Counted from the stretch's first letter, positions 10,400 to 20,539 are shown. The stretch: 64,000 bases of DNA from an uncultured Maribacter sp. (GCA_964432915.1 CAYSPL010000014.1:1676-65675), one strand, 5' to 3'. The notes: generated by a model not told the origin, from the letters alone. Translations and numbers: made by a program.

Positions 10400-11209
10400 A
10401 TGTTAAAAACGCTCTTCAAAATAAGTTTTCATTTATTAGTAACCGTGTTTTTGACAGTTGTTACTCAAATAGGGGGACTATTTTATTTGTTGACTTTTGT
10501 TATTGTCAAAAAGACAAGCACAAAATATCGATTGAAACGTTTGGTTTTTTTCTTACTCTTTTATCTCATTGCCACAATCATTTTTGTTCCAATAATCGCC
10601 CCAATATTTGGAAGAGAAAAAATAAAGAAATCCGATTTCATTGAAGCGAGAACATTTATGACTGATTTGACGAATCGAAATTATGTTCGGCCAGAATTGA
10701 ATGCATCACTTCAAAAAATAGCTAAGAGACTTGATACAACACACAGGGGCATTAAAGTGGTTTATTTGGATGCTAATTTTCCATTTATAAATAAATTTCC
10801 ATTGCTCCCTCATTTAAGTCACAATGATGGAAAGAAAATAGATATTTCATTAATATATCAAGATGAATCAGGGAAACTTACAAATAGGAAACCATCAGTT
10901 AGTGGGTATGGTTTTTTTGAAAAACCTAAATCTGGCGAATACGATCAAATCAAAAGATGTTTTGAAAAAGGTTATTGGCAATATGATTTTCCAAAGTATT
11001 TAACTTTCGGCACAATTAATTCGCATCTAAGTTTTTCTGAAAAAGCTACAAAAGATTTGATTAGAGAAATTTTGAAGCAACCCATTACAGGTAAATTGTT
11101 CATTGAACCTCATTTGAAAAATAGACTGAAATTGAACAATCCTAAAATCAGATTTCATGGCTGTCAGGCAGTTCGACATGATGACCACATTCATTTTCAG
11201 CTCAAGTAA
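10400..11209 (+). CDS. Membrane-anchored hypothetical protein, probable LAS-type (MepA/M74-like) zinc peptidase
   Basis: 269 aa; N-terminal TM segments, H-x6-D (SHNDGKKID) and C-terminal H-x-H (HDDHIH) motifs. Confidence 0.65.
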   Translation: MLKTLFKISFHLLVTVFLTVVTQIGGLFYLLTFVIVKKTSTKYRLKRLVFFLLFYLIATIIFVPIIAPIFGREKIKKSDFIEARTFMTDLTNRNYVRPELNASLQKIAKRLDTTHRGIKVVYLDANFPFINKFPLLPHLSHNDGKKIDISLIYQDESGKLTNRKPSVSGYGFFEKPKSGEYDQIKRCFEKGYWQYDFPKYLTFGTINSHLSFSEKATKDLIREILKQPITGKLFIEPHLKNRLKLNNPKIRFHGCQAVRHDDHIHFQLK

Positions 11210-11214
11210 ATTCC

Positions 11215-11277
11215 AAAGCTCCTCCCCTTGGTTAAGGGGAGGTGGCTCCGCCTTTTGGCGGAGACGGAGGGGATGGT
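11215..11277 (+). repeat. 63-bp double-hairpin REP-like repeat, copy 2
   Basis: Exact direct repeat of 10278-10340. Confidence 0.95.
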
Positions 11278-11278
11278 A

Positions 11279-12574
11279 CTATTCATCCGTGTTTTTTTGA
11301 CCGAACAAGTTGGCTAAAACAAAAACAACTACCGCCGGCACTACCCAACCCATGTGATATTTTTGAAGTGGGATCCAAGAAAAACCATCCCCTATTGCAG
11401 CTAGTGGGCTTATACTCCCCAAAAAATCAGGTAAACTAAAAAGTATGGTTGCAAGAACTACCGCTTTAAAAACTTTGGGCGCAGCATATTTCTCAGGTAG
11501 TACATTGAGCAAAATCAATACAATGGTAATAGGATAAATAATCATCAGTACTGGAATCGCAATGACGATTATGGAATGAAAATCTAATTGCCCAATCAAA
11601 ATTCCAATGGCACAGGCCAAAATTCCGGTGATCACATAAGCCTTTTGAGAACCTTTAAATAGCCCTTTAAAATAATCGGCCGTACCGGTAACAATACCCA
11701 CGGCCGTGGTAAAACAGGCCAAAGCGATGAGTATACTCAGTACTTTGTTGCCGAAAGCGCCCAACGAGGCCAAGCTGATTCCACGTAGCAAATTTGCCCG
11801 TTGCATATCATTGCTCAGCGTATAATCAACTTCTATATTCGCACCAAAAAATGAACCTACTGAGATCAATCCAGCATAAATAAGGAGTAATCCGAGCCCT
11901 GCGATGAATCCTGATTTTCGAATGATTTCCTTTTTGGCATCGAATGAAGTATGTCCTTTTAAATTGAGTGAAATAATAACAACAGCTCCCACAACCACCG
12001 CACCAATGGCATCAAAAGTTTGATAGCCTTCTAAAAGACCACTGACCATCGGAGTTTCAAAAGTAGTCGCGTTCATTGTTCCATCCGAAGAAAACAACCC
12101 TATGCCAATGACCGCTAGAAGCATCATTACAATAATGGGTGTCAAGAACTTGCCTATGAAGCTCAGTATTTTAGACCTATTCAAAACAAATACCAAAACA
12201 AGGGAAAAATAGATGCTGCTGGTCAATAAGGGACTTGTGCCAAAAGCAGGATGAATTGCAATTTCGTGTGTTGCAGATGCCGTTCTAGGAGAGGGTATGG
12301 TCATCGAAATAAGGTAAACGGTAATGCAATAGATGGTACTGAAAATGGGAGATACCTTTTTTCCGAAATCATACATGGTTCCTTGTAATCTGGCATGCGC
12401 CAGTATGCCCAAAATAGGAATCACCACTGCAGTGATCATGAACCCAAGAGTTACCCACAGCCAATCTTCACCCGCATTGTATCCTAAAAGGGGAGGCAAG
12501 AGTAAATTGCCTGCTCCAAAGAAAAGCGAGAATAAAGCGAAGGCGGTTATAAGCGTTTCTTGATTTTTTTTCAT
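11279..12574 (-). CDS. brnQ: Branched-chain amino acid transport system II carrier protein
   Basis: FALFSLFFGAGNLLLPP, EGYQTFDAIG, ACFTTAVG motifs; about 12 TM; start set at ATG 12574. Confidence 0.93.
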   Translation of the reverse strand: MKKNQETLITAFALFSLFFGAGNLLLPPLLGYNAGEDWLWVTLGFMITAVVIPILGILAHARLQGTMYDFGKKVSPIFSTIYCITVYLISMTIPSPRTASATHEIAIHPAFGTSPLLTSSIYFSLVLVFVLNRSKILSFIGKFLTPIIVMMLLAVIGIGLFSSDGTMNATTFETPMVSGLLEGYQTFDAIGAVVVGAVVIISLNLKGHTSFDAKKEIIRKSGFIAGLGLLLIYAGLISVGSFFGANIEVDYTLSNDMQRANLLRGISLASLGAFGNKVLSILIALACFTTAVGIVTGTADYFKGLFKGSQKAYVITGILACAIGILIGQLDFHSIIVIAIPVLMIIYPITIVLILLNVLPEKYAAPKVFKAVVLATILFSLPDFLGSISPLAAIGDGFSWIPLQKYHMGWVVPAVVVFVLANLFGQKNTDE

Positions 12575-12843
12575 CAAAAGATTTTGAAAAGGTTTTGAAA
12601 GATAGCCCAAAAAAAGCGTTCAAAAAAAGTTGTGGATCGTACTAGAATCATGTCATTCATCGAATAAAATGCAGTTCATCGAAAATATGCAATAATCGGA
12701 AACCCCTACCCAATAAAAAACAAAAGCTTGGCGTTGGGGTATAAGAATTTGCGAAAAGCGATTCAAATCAATTACCCAAATTTTACGTATGGAACTCAGT
12801 GCTCCATCACTGGCGGTCATATTCAAAACCTACAAAGTCTAAC

Positions 12844-13062
12844 ATGAAAAAAATATTATGTAACATCTTCGGACACCATTACTCCGTTTCAAAAAAAGTT
12901 ACCCAACATATCAAGGAATATAAATGCGTTCATTGTGACAAACAAGTTACTACTGATGTCAGTGGCAACCTATCGATTTTGACACCTGAGTTGCAAGACA
13001 TCAACAAAACCTTGGAAAAAATTTATCGAAAAAGGCATAGAGCCGCCTTTCAGGCCGCTTGA
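12844..13062 (+). CDS. DUF1660-like small zinc-ribbon protein
   Basis: 72 aa from ATG 12844; LCNIFGHHY ... YKCVHC pattern. Confidence 0.7.
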   Translation: MKKILCNIFGHHYSVSKKVTQHIKEYKCVHCDKQVTTDVSGNLSILTPELQDINKTLEKIYRKRHRAAFQAA

Positions 13063-13240
13063 TATGTAATACACTAAGCATAAACCATGCTATGGCATCG
13101 AGTTCTGATTTAAAATTGGAATTCAAGACTTATTCCCGAGAATTAAGTTAGCACCAAAACTCTTACCTGTCGTTCGCCCCACAACAGTTTAGATTGGATT
13201 GCGCTTGATTTTTGGGAATTTTTTAGTATCGATTCTTTTC

Positions 13241-13268
13241 ACCTCTTTGAAGGAAGAGGTCTTTTTTT
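13241..13268 (+). terminator. Intrinsic terminator between the convergent DUF1660 gene and thiL
   Basis: ACCTCTT-TGAAGG-AAGAGGT followed by CTTTTTTT. Confidence 0.7.
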
Positions 13269-13289
13269 GGTTTGTTTTGAACACCTAAT

Positions 13290-14342
13290 TTATTCGTTTG
13301 ATTTAAAAGAATTCCACCCTTGGGCAGTCAGAGGAACTTTCGTGTTCGCTCGGGTAATCATATGGCTTCCTTCTTTTGCTTCGGTCATGTGACCAATGAC
13401 AGTCAAGTTCGGATTGCCTTTGATTTTATCAAAATCTTTTTGACTGATCGTAAAAAGCAATTCAAAATCCTCTCCGCCACCCAACGCTACCATGGTACTA
13501 TCAATATTGAACTCTTCACAGGCTGAAATCACGGTTGGATCAAGAGGAATCTTGTCTTCGTACATATTACAACCCACCTCACTTTGTTTGCAAAGGTGTA
13601 AAATCTCAGATGAAAGTCCGTCGCTGATATCGATCATCGAGGTAGGTTTTACCTCCAAAACTTCCAAAAGTTCAACAATATCTTTCCGGGCTTCTGGTTT
13701 GAGTTGTCTTTCGACAATATAAGAATAGGCTCCTAAATCAGGTTGATTGTTTGGGTTGACTTTAAAAACCTCTTTTTCGCGCTCTAAAACCTGTAAGCCC
13801 AAATAGGCCCCTCCCAAGTCTCCGCTTACCACCAAAAGATCACCAGGTTGTGCCCCAGTTCTAAAAGTGATTTTTTCCTCATTGGCCAGGCCGATCGCCG
13901 TGACACTTAACAGAAGTCCTTTATTTGATGAAGTGGTGTCGCCACCCACTAAATCGACCCCATATTTTTTCGTGGCCAAGGCAATACCCTCATATAATTC
14001 TTCTAGGGCCTCCAAAGGAAATCGATTTGAAACCGCCAGCGAAAATGTAATTTGGGTGGCCATGGCGTTCATGGCGTACACATCAGAAAGATTTACCATG
14101 ACGGCTTTGTATCCTAAATGTTTTAAAGGAACATAGGCCAAATCAAAATGTACCCCCTCTACCAAAAGGTCTGTTGAAACCACCGTTTTCTTGCCTTTAT
14201 GGTCAAGAACGGCACAGTCATCACCAATACCTTTTAATGTAGATTTTTGGGTAATGGAGAAATCTTTTGCCAATCGGTCTATCAGTCCGAATTCGCCCAA
14301 TTTGTCCAGCGAGGTACGGGTTTGGTTTTTATCCTCTAACAT
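13290..14342 (-). CDS. thiL: Thiamine-monophosphate kinase
   Basis: 350 aa; GEFGLI, GIGDDCAV, NLSDVYAM, GGDTT, MIDISDGL, GGEDFELL. Confidence 0.96.
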   Translation of the reverse strand: MLEDKNQTRTSLDKLGEFGLIDRLAKDFSITQKSTLKGIGDDCAVLDHKGKKTVVSTDLLVEGVHFDLAYVPLKHLGYKAVMVNLSDVYAMNAMATQITFSLAVSNRFPLEALEELYEGIALATKKYGVDLVGGDTTSSNKGLLLSVTAIGLANEEKITFRTGAQPGDLLVVSGDLGGAYLGLQVLEREKEVFKVNPNNQPDLGAYSYIVERQLKPEARKDIVELLEVLEVKPTSMIDISDGLSSEILHLCKQSEVGCNMYEDKIPLDPTVISACEEFNIDSTMVALGGGEDFELLFTISQKDFDKIKGNPNLTVIGHMTEAKEGSHMITRANTKVPLTAQGWNSFKSNE

Positions 14343-14489
14343 GCTACAAAAGTAGTAGTATTAACTGTGCATGCAATGAACATCTTTTCTTTTGTAGGGT
14401 TTTAAGGCTTTGAACTGTTGTAAAGTTGACGGTCAAAATACGACATCGATTTTATATGCTTTATCTTTGCGACACCATACACTACAATC

Positions 14490-16421
14490 ATGAAAAAATC
14501 AATTTTCCTTAGCTCTTTCCTATCCTGCTTATTTCTATTGTTTTCATGTGGAAAAGATGACGATTCCGATGATAATGATGCTGAAGAGGTTGAGGTTGTA
14601 GTGCAATTTGTGCAAAGTAGTGGTTTTGATTTGGAGGGAGACAATGAAGATATTCCCAAATTGAGACTATTAGGTTCGGTTGAGTCGCCTACTACGGTTA
14701 CTGTTGATTTGGTAAACTCAGGAACCACGGCTAGTGGTGAAGACTTTAATTTCGACGCTCCGGCAATTGTTATGATTCCTCCTGGAAACTATGATGGTTC
14801 CAATGCCAGTGCATTGCCCATCACAGATCTCTCCATTGTTGATGACACAGAAGAAGAGGAAACGGAAACTATCGAGTTAAGACTCTCAGACCCAACCGGA
14901 GACGCAGTTTTAGGAGACCGAACAAACACTACCTATAGCATACTTGATAATGATGGATTGACCATTTCCTTTTCAAGAGCTGTTAATTCGGCAAATGAAA
15001 GCTCAGAGGAAGACCTTCCTAAAATCTTGGTTATTGGTACAGTGCAACAAGAGACTACTATTACCGTAACCGATTTAGGTAATGGCTCTGCAATCAATGG
15101 AGAAGATTACCTATTGGAATCTCCTGTTGATATTGTGATTCCGGCAGGGGTCTATAATGGTGGAGAAGCTTCTTTGGTACAGATTCCAAGTCTCTCAATA
15201 ATTGATGATGATATTGTTGAGCTAACAGAATTTTTTGAATTGGAACTTTCTACGGCCACCAACGAGAATTTAGGAATCACATCGACTCGATATGAGATTA
15301 AAGGTTTTTCGCCTTGTGAAAATGGCGTAGCAGATTCATACCCGTGTTCAGGTTATGATTTATTGGGGAGTATTTCTTTGTCTGATTTTTTAGCAGGTTC
15401 AGGAAATGATATATGGGGGTGGACAGACGAATTTTCAGGCAAGGAATATGCAATTGTTGGGCTTAATAATGGTACCGCCTTTGTTGAAATATCAGGAGAT
15501 GACCCAATTTATTTAGGCAAACTTCCTACTGCAACTGGCCCAAGTTCTTGGCGAGATATTAAGGTGTATAAAGATCATGCCTTTATAGTTTCAGAGGCGA
15601 ATAGTCATGGTATGCAAGTTTTTGATTTGACCAAATTACGCAATGTGTCGAACCCACCTGCCACTTTTCAAGCCGATACCAGATATCAAGGCTTTGGCAA
15701 TGCACATAACATTGTGATCAATGAAGACACTGGTTTTGCTTACGTGGTGGGCACGGATCGCGGCGATATATACGGTGGGGGCGCCCATTTCATAAACATC
15801 CAAGATCCAAAGAACCCTATCGCTGCTGGAGGATATGGTGCTGACGGCTATTCTCATGACGCTCAAGTGGTTACCTACAATGGCCCTGATGCTGATTACT
15901 TGGGTAAAGAAATTTACATTGGTTCAAACGAAAATGAAGTCATTATTGCAGATGTGACCGATAAAGATAATCCTGTGAATATTTCCAAGGTTTCCTATTC
16001 GAATATATCCTATACGCATCAAGGTTGGTTCACCGAAGATCAGCAGTATTTTATTTTGGGTGATGAATTGGATGAAGTGGATTTTGGTTTTCAATCAAGA
16101 ACATTGGTTTTTGATTTTACCGATTTGGATAACCCTCTTTTCTTTGACACCTATTTAGGCACAACCAGTGCAATTGATCATAATGGTTATGTAAAAGGCG
16201 ATGAATATTATTTGGCAAATTACACGGCAGGGCTGAGGGTGCTTGATATAGCGGGTATTGCAAATAAATCTATCAATGAAATAAGTTATTTCGATACTTT
16301 TCCAACTTCTGACAATGCACAATTTTCCGGTGTTTGGAGTGTATATCCGTACTTCTCAAATGGCAAAGTCGCTATCAGTGATATCAATTCAGGACTCTTC
16401 ATTGTTAAAAAATCGAATTGA
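14490..16421 (+). CDS. Lipoprotein with two Calx-beta-like repeats and a choice-of-anchor B (LVIVD-type propeller) domain
   Basis: Lipobox LFSC; two TA.NGEDY...IDDD...E.F.L.LS repeats; DIWGW, WRDIK, AHNIV, HQGW, LGDELDE, WSVYP motifs; TATCTTTG box at 14462-14469. Confidence 0.8.
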   Translation: MKKSIFLSSFLSCLFLLFSCGKDDDSDDNDAEEVEVVVQFVQSSGFDLEGDNEDIPKLRLLGSVESPTTVTVDLVNSGTTASGEDFNFDAPAIVMIPPGNYDGSNASALPITDLSIVDDTEEEETETIELRLSDPTGDAVLGDRTNTTYSILDNDGLTISFSRAVNSANESSEEDLPKILVIGTVQQETTITVTDLGNGSAINGEDYLLESPVDIVIPAGVYNGGEASLVQIPSLSIIDDDIVELTEFFELELSTATNENLGITSTRYEIKGFSPCENGVADSYPCSGYDLLGSISLSDFLAGSGNDIWGWTDEFSGKEYAIVGLNNGTAFVEISGDDPIYLGKLPTATGPSSWRDIKVYKDHAFIVSEANSHGMQVFDLTKLRNVSNPPATFQADTRYQGFGNAHNIVINEDTGFAYVVGTDRGDIYGGGAHFINIQDPKNPIAAGGYGADGYSHDAQVVTYNGPDADYLGKEIYIGSNENEVIIADVTDKDNPVNISKVSYSNISYTHQGWFTEDQQYFILGDELDEVDFGFQSRTLVFDFTDLDNPLFFDTYLGTTSAIDHNGYVKGDEYYLANYTAGLRVLDIAGIANKSINEISYFDTFPTSDNAQFSGVWSVYPYFSNGKVAISDINSGLFIVKKSN

Positions 16422-17767
16422 TGAAAAGATGGTTTTTCACATACCTCACGATTTTATTTTTTGCTTGTTCTGACGAATCAAGCATAGTTGAGATTGATAA
16501 CGATACAAGTACCACTTTTTTTGGCGAGTTGGATTATGTCAAAAATTTTGGAGGCACAGGTGAAGACACGGCAAGGGCCATTATTTCTACCAATGACGGG
16601 GGTTATGCTATTTTGGGTTTTTCGAATAGCACAGACGGTGATCTAAGCGAAAAGTCCACACAGGTCAATGACTATTGGTTGCTTAAATTGGATGCCGACG
16701 GAAATGTACAATGGAGCAAGACATACGGTGGAAGTAAAGATGATCGAGGGCAAAGTTTGATTCAAACCTTGGACGGAGGTTATGCATTGACCGGTTATGC
16801 GATGAGTGATGACGGTGATGGTAGTGTGAACAAGGGTTTTCATGACAACTGGATCCTGAAATTGGATGCCCAAGGCGAAATAGAATGGGAAAAGAGCTTT
16901 GGATTCTCAGGGCATGATCATTCCTACGATCTTTTACAAACTGAAGAGGGAGGTTTTTTCTTCGTCGGATTTTTAGACATCACATCGGCTCGAGCCGACG
17001 GAAATACTGAAAAAGCAACCTCATTGACACGTCATGGGGTGGGCGAGTTTTGGGGTACTAAAATAGACCCTTCAGCCAATTTACAATGGCGTGGATATTA
17101 CGGGGGCACAAGCAATGACCGAGCACATTCTGTGGTTCGGGCTGATGATGGGGGTTATGTCATGGCTGGTTTTACCGAAAGCAATGATTTTGATATTGAC
17201 AACTCGCGGGGCAGTTATGATTTTTGGGTGGTAAAGATCGATGATTCAGGTAATTTGAAATGGCAAAAATCATTGGGTGGATCGGGTATTGAAAGGGCCC
17301 AAGATATTTCGAATACGGCAGATGGCGGCTATGTCATAACAGGCAATACCTTCAGTATTGATTTGGATATTTCGAAGAACAATGGAGAGTCAGATATCTG
17401 GCTTGTTAAGATTGACGATCAAGGCAAGTTGATCTGGGATGTCTCTTTTGGTGGCTCGCAATTTGATGCTGCGCAAAGTGTGACCCTGAGTAAAGATGGA
17501 GGTTTCATCATAACAGGAAATACAAAAAGCAGTGATAAAGACGCCAATGCCAATGCAGGCGAAAATGATATTTGGCTCATTAAAACCGATGCCAACGGAA
17601 ATATGGTTTGGCAAAAAACTTTTGGCGGTGCCGGATTGGACTATGCTTTTGATGCCATGGAAACTACAACAGGTGCTATTATATTGGTTGGTGAAACCTC
17701 AAGCGGCGACTTTATGGGTGTGACCAATAAAGGAAAATCCGATCTAGTGGTAATCAAGATAAAATAA
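16418..17767 (+). CDS. Lipoprotein with GGS.D/T.DGGY beta-propeller repeats (hypothetical)
   Basis: 449 aa; lipobox FFAC; repeated W.K.yGGs..D.A..i..T.DGGy.i.G units. Confidence 0.75.
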   Translation: MMKRWFFTYLTILFFACSDESSIVEIDNDTSTTFFGELDYVKNFGGTGEDTARAIISTNDGGYAILGFSNSTDGDLSEKSTQVNDYWLLKLDADGNVQWSKTYGGSKDDRGQSLIQTLDGGYALTGYAMSDDGDGSVNKGFHDNWILKLDAQGEIEWEKSFGFSGHDHSYDLLQTEEGGFFFVGFLDITSARADGNTEKATSLTRHGVGEFWGTKIDPSANLQWRGYYGGTSNDRAHSVVRADDGGYVMAGFTESNDFDIDNSRGSYDFWVVKIDDSGNLKWQKSLGGSGIERAQDISNTADGGYVITGNTFSIDLDISKNNGESDIWLVKIDDQGKLIWDVSFGGSQFDAAQSVTLSKDGGFIITGNTKSSDKDANANAGENDIWLIKTDANGNMVWQKTFGGAGLDYAFDAMETTTGAIILVGETSSGDFMGVTNKGKSDLVVIKIK

Positions 17768-17880
17768 CGGATTCCGTTTTAAGGCTACTGTAATTTCGAT
17801 ACGAACTTGCCATAGAAATCCCCTATATAAAGATTTGTTATTTTAATGTTGCCAATTGGGCTGAAAAGTAAGGAATGGCG

Positions 17881-17914
17881 TATATTTGCGTACTATTTAG
17901 AATAAATCCAGTTA
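17881..17914 (+). promoter_or_regulatory. SUF operon -7 box (TATATTTG, 17881-17888) and candidate Fur-type operator (17894-17914)
   Basis: TATTTAGAATAAATCCAGTTA has a perfect left arm of the 42277 palindrome and lies between the promoter and the iscA ATG. Confidence 0.6.
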
Positions 17915-17917
17915 AGA

Positions 17918-18247
17918 ATGATTCAGGTTTCTGAAACGGCAAAGCAAAAAGTCATCAACCTTATGACCGAAGAAGGTTTTGACGCTACGAAAGACTATGT
18001 CAGGGTTGGGGTCAAAAGCGGGGGTTGTAGCGGCTTGTCGTACGAGTTGAATTTTGATGCTGAAATGGGTGAAACCGACAAGGTTTTTGAAGACAATGAG
18101 GTGCGCATTATTGTTGATAAAAAAAGCTTTCTGTATCTCGTAGGAACAACTTTGGAGTATTCTGGCGGTTTGAACGGAAAAGGGTTTGTTTTCAATAACC
18201 CGAATGCTCAAAGAACCTGTGGCTGCGGAGAAAGTTTTTCATTGTAA
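17918..18247 (+). CDS. iscA: HesB/IscA/SufA family Fe-S assembly accessory protein
   Basis: 109 aa; GGCSG and TCGCGESF motifs. Confidence 0.95.
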   Translation: MIQVSETAKQKVINLMTEEGFDATKDYVRVGVKSGGCSGLSYELNFDAEMGETDKVFEDNEVRIIVDKKSFLYLVGTTLEYSGGLNGKGFVFNNPNAQRTCGCGESFSL

Positions 18248-18255
18248 AATTAAAT

Positions 18256-18280
18256 TCCCCCTTTGGGGGATTAAAGGGGG
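18256..18280 (+). repeat. Short GC hairpin repeat TCCCCC-TTT-GGGGGA-TTAAAGGGGG
   Basis: GC-rich hairpin plus G tail in the iscA-sufB gap; same hairpin-then-GGGG layout as the large repeat family. Confidence 0.55.
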
Positions 18281-18283
18281 TCA

Positions 18284-19729
18284 ATGGCATATACCGAAGA
18301 GGAATTAAAAAAGGAGTTGGAAACCAAAGAATATGAGTATGGTTTCTATACGGATATTGAATCAGACACTTTCCGGAAAGGACTGAATGAAGACATTGTT
18401 CGGGCTATTTCCAAAAAGAAGAATGAACCCGAATGGATGACCGAATGGCGTTTGGAGGCTTTTCGAATTTGGAAAGGGATGGAAGAACCAGAATGGGCGA
18501 ATGTCAATTATGAAAAACCCAATTTTCAAGACATCAGTTATTATTCAGCACCTAAAAAAGCAGATCCCAACAAATCTTTAGACGATGTAGATCCTGAATT
18601 GCTCGAAATGTATCGCAAATTGGGAATTTCGGTAGATGAACAAAAGAAATTGCAAAATATAGCGGTTGATATTGTTGTTGATTCTGTTTCGGTGGCAACC
18701 ACATTCAAAAAAACCTTGGCAGAAAAAGGCATCATCTTCATGCCTATTTCTGAGGCGATTCAAGAACACCCAGATTTGGTCAAGAAATACATGGGTACGG
18801 TAGTGCCTAAGACTGATAACTTTTATGCGGCCCTGAATTCTGCGGTTTTTACTGACGGATCATTTTGTTACATCCCGAAAGGCGTAAAATGCCCTATGGA
18901 ATTATCAACCTACTTCAGAATTAATGAAGGCGGCACTGGGCAATTTGAACGCACTTTAGTTATCGCTGATGAAAGTAGTTATGTAAGTTACCTAGAGGGT
19001 TGTACCGCACCGTCAAGAGATGAGAATCAATTGCATGCAGCTGTTGTAGAATTGATTGCTTTAGATGGTGCAGAAATTAAATATTCAACGGTACAAAACT
19101 GGTATCCGGGCAACGCTGAAGGCAAAGGAGGCGTTTATAACTTTGTAACGAAAAGAGGTTTGTGTGAAACAAATTCAAAAATTTCATGGACCCAAGTCGA
19201 AACAGGTTCTGCCGTGACTTGGAAATATCCTTCCTGTGTTTTGAAAGGGAATAATTCTGTTGGAGAATTCTATTCCATTGCTGTGACCAATAATTTTCAG
19301 CAGGCCGACACAGGTACCAAAATGATTCATTTGGGTAAGAATACCAAAAGTACTATCATTTCCAAAGGCATATCGGCAGGAAAATCACAGAATAGCTATA
19401 GAGGATTGGTGCAAATTGGCTCTAGAGCTGAAAATGCCCGTAATTTTTCGCAATGTGATTCTTTACTGATGGGAAATGAATGTGGAGCACACACTTTTCC
19501 GTACATCGAAGCAAAAAATAAAACGGCTCAAGTAGAACATGAGGCCACTACAAGTAAAATAGGCGAAGATCAGATTTTTTACTGTAACCAAAGAGGCATT
19601 GACACCGAAAAGGCGATTGCATTGATTGTAAATGGTTTTAGCAAAGAGGTTTTGAACAAACTACCTATGGAATTTGCGGTTGAGGCTCAGAAATTGCTCG
19701 AAATAAGTCTAGAAGGGTCGGTTGGTTAA
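18284..19729 (+). CDS. sufB: Fe-S cluster assembly protein SufB
   Basis: 481 aa; [30 protein letters not shown]. Confidence 0.97.
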   Translation: MAYTEEELKKELETKEYEYGFYTDIESDTFRKGLNEDIVRAISKKKNEPEWMTEWRLEAFRIWKGMEEPEWANVNYEKPNFQDISYYSAPKKADPNKSLDDVDPELLEMYRKLGISVDEQKKLQNIAVDIVVDSVSVATTFKKTLAEKGIIFMPISEAIQEHPDLVKKYMGTVVPKTDNFYAALNSAVFTDGSFCYIPKGVKCPMELSTYFRINEGGTGQFERTLVIADESSYVSYLEGCTAPSRDENQLHAAVVELIALDGAEIKYSTVQNWYPGNAEGKGGVYNFVTKRGLCETNSKISWTQVETGSAVTWKYPSCVLKGNNSVGEFYSIAVTNNFQQADTGTKMIHLGKNTKSTIISKGISAGKSQNSYRGLVQIGSRAENARNFSQCDSLLMGNECGAHTFPYIEAKNKTAQVEHEATTSKIGEDQIFYCNQRGIDTEKAIALIVNGFSKEVLNKLPMEFAVEAQKLLEISLEGSVG

Positions 19730-19784
19730 ATTTAGTCAAAATCAAAAAATGCCAAAGGCTCCCAATTATTTAAATTAGAAGTAT

Positions 19785-20537
19785 ATGTTGAAGGTTAATA
19801 ATCTGCATGCCCAAGTAGATGACAAAGAAATATTAAGGGGAATAAACCTCGAAGTAAAGGCAGGTGAAGTACATGCCATAATGGGCCCTAACGGTTCGGG
19901 TAAAAGCACCTTGGCCTCCGTTATAGCTGGAAAGGAAGAATTCGAGGTAACCAAAGGATCCATTGAATTGGATGGTGAAGATCTGGAAGATGCGGCCCCT
20001 GAGGAAAGAGCCCACAAAGGTGTTTTTCTATCATTTCAGTACCCAGTGGAGATACCGGGTGTTTCGGTAACCAATTTTATGAAAACCGCCATTAACGAAT
20101 CTCGAAAGGCTAGGGGTCTCGAAGATATGCCGGCGAATCAAATGCTGAAGCTGATTCGTGAAAAAGCGGAGATGCTCGAGATTGACCGCAAGTTTTTGTC
20201 ACGTTCTTTAAACGAGGGTTTTTCAGGTGGTGAAAAAAAACGAAACGAAATTTTTCAAATGGCCATGCTCGAACCTAAGTTGGCCATATTGGACGAAACA
20301 GATTCAGGTTTGGATATTGATGCCCTTCGCATTGTTGCCAATGGGGTCAACAAATTGAAAAGTAAAGACAATGCCGTAGTGGTCATTACCCATTATCAAA
20401 GACTTTTGGAGTATATCGTGCCCGACTTTGTGCACGTTTTGCACAACGGTAAGATAGTAAAGTCAGGAGGCAAGGAACTCGCTCTAGAGCTTGAGGAAAA
20501 AGGATACGATTGGATCAAACAAGAAGCCACGGTTTAA
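19785..20537 (+). CDS. sufC: Fe-S cluster assembly ATPase SufC
   Basis: 250 aa; GPNGSGKS, FSGGEKKRNE, LDETDSGLDID. Confidence 0.97.
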   Translation: MLKVNNLHAQVDDKEILRGINLEVKAGEVHAIMGPNGSGKSTLASVIAGKEEFEVTKGSIELDGEDLEDAAPEERAHKGVFLSFQYPVEIPGVSVTNFMKTAINESRKARGLEDMPANQMLKLIREKAEMLEIDRKFLSRSLNEGFSGGEKKRNEIFQMAMLEPKLAILDETDSGLDIDALRIVANGVNKLKSKDNAVVVITHYQRLLEYIVPDFVHVLHNGKIVKSGGKELALELEEKGYDWIKQEATV

Positions 20538-20539
20538 TT

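Noticed and set aside
10273-10644. 123-aa ORF starting MKKLLPLVKGRW, and the similar ORFs 11242-11439 and 46677-46919
   Set aside because: They read through the palindromic repeats and overlap better-supported genes; likely repeat-derived spurious frames.
12844-13062. Prophage remnant suggested by the DUF1660 family name
   Set aside because: No integrase, structural or other phage genes nearby; flanked by housekeeping brnQ and thiL.
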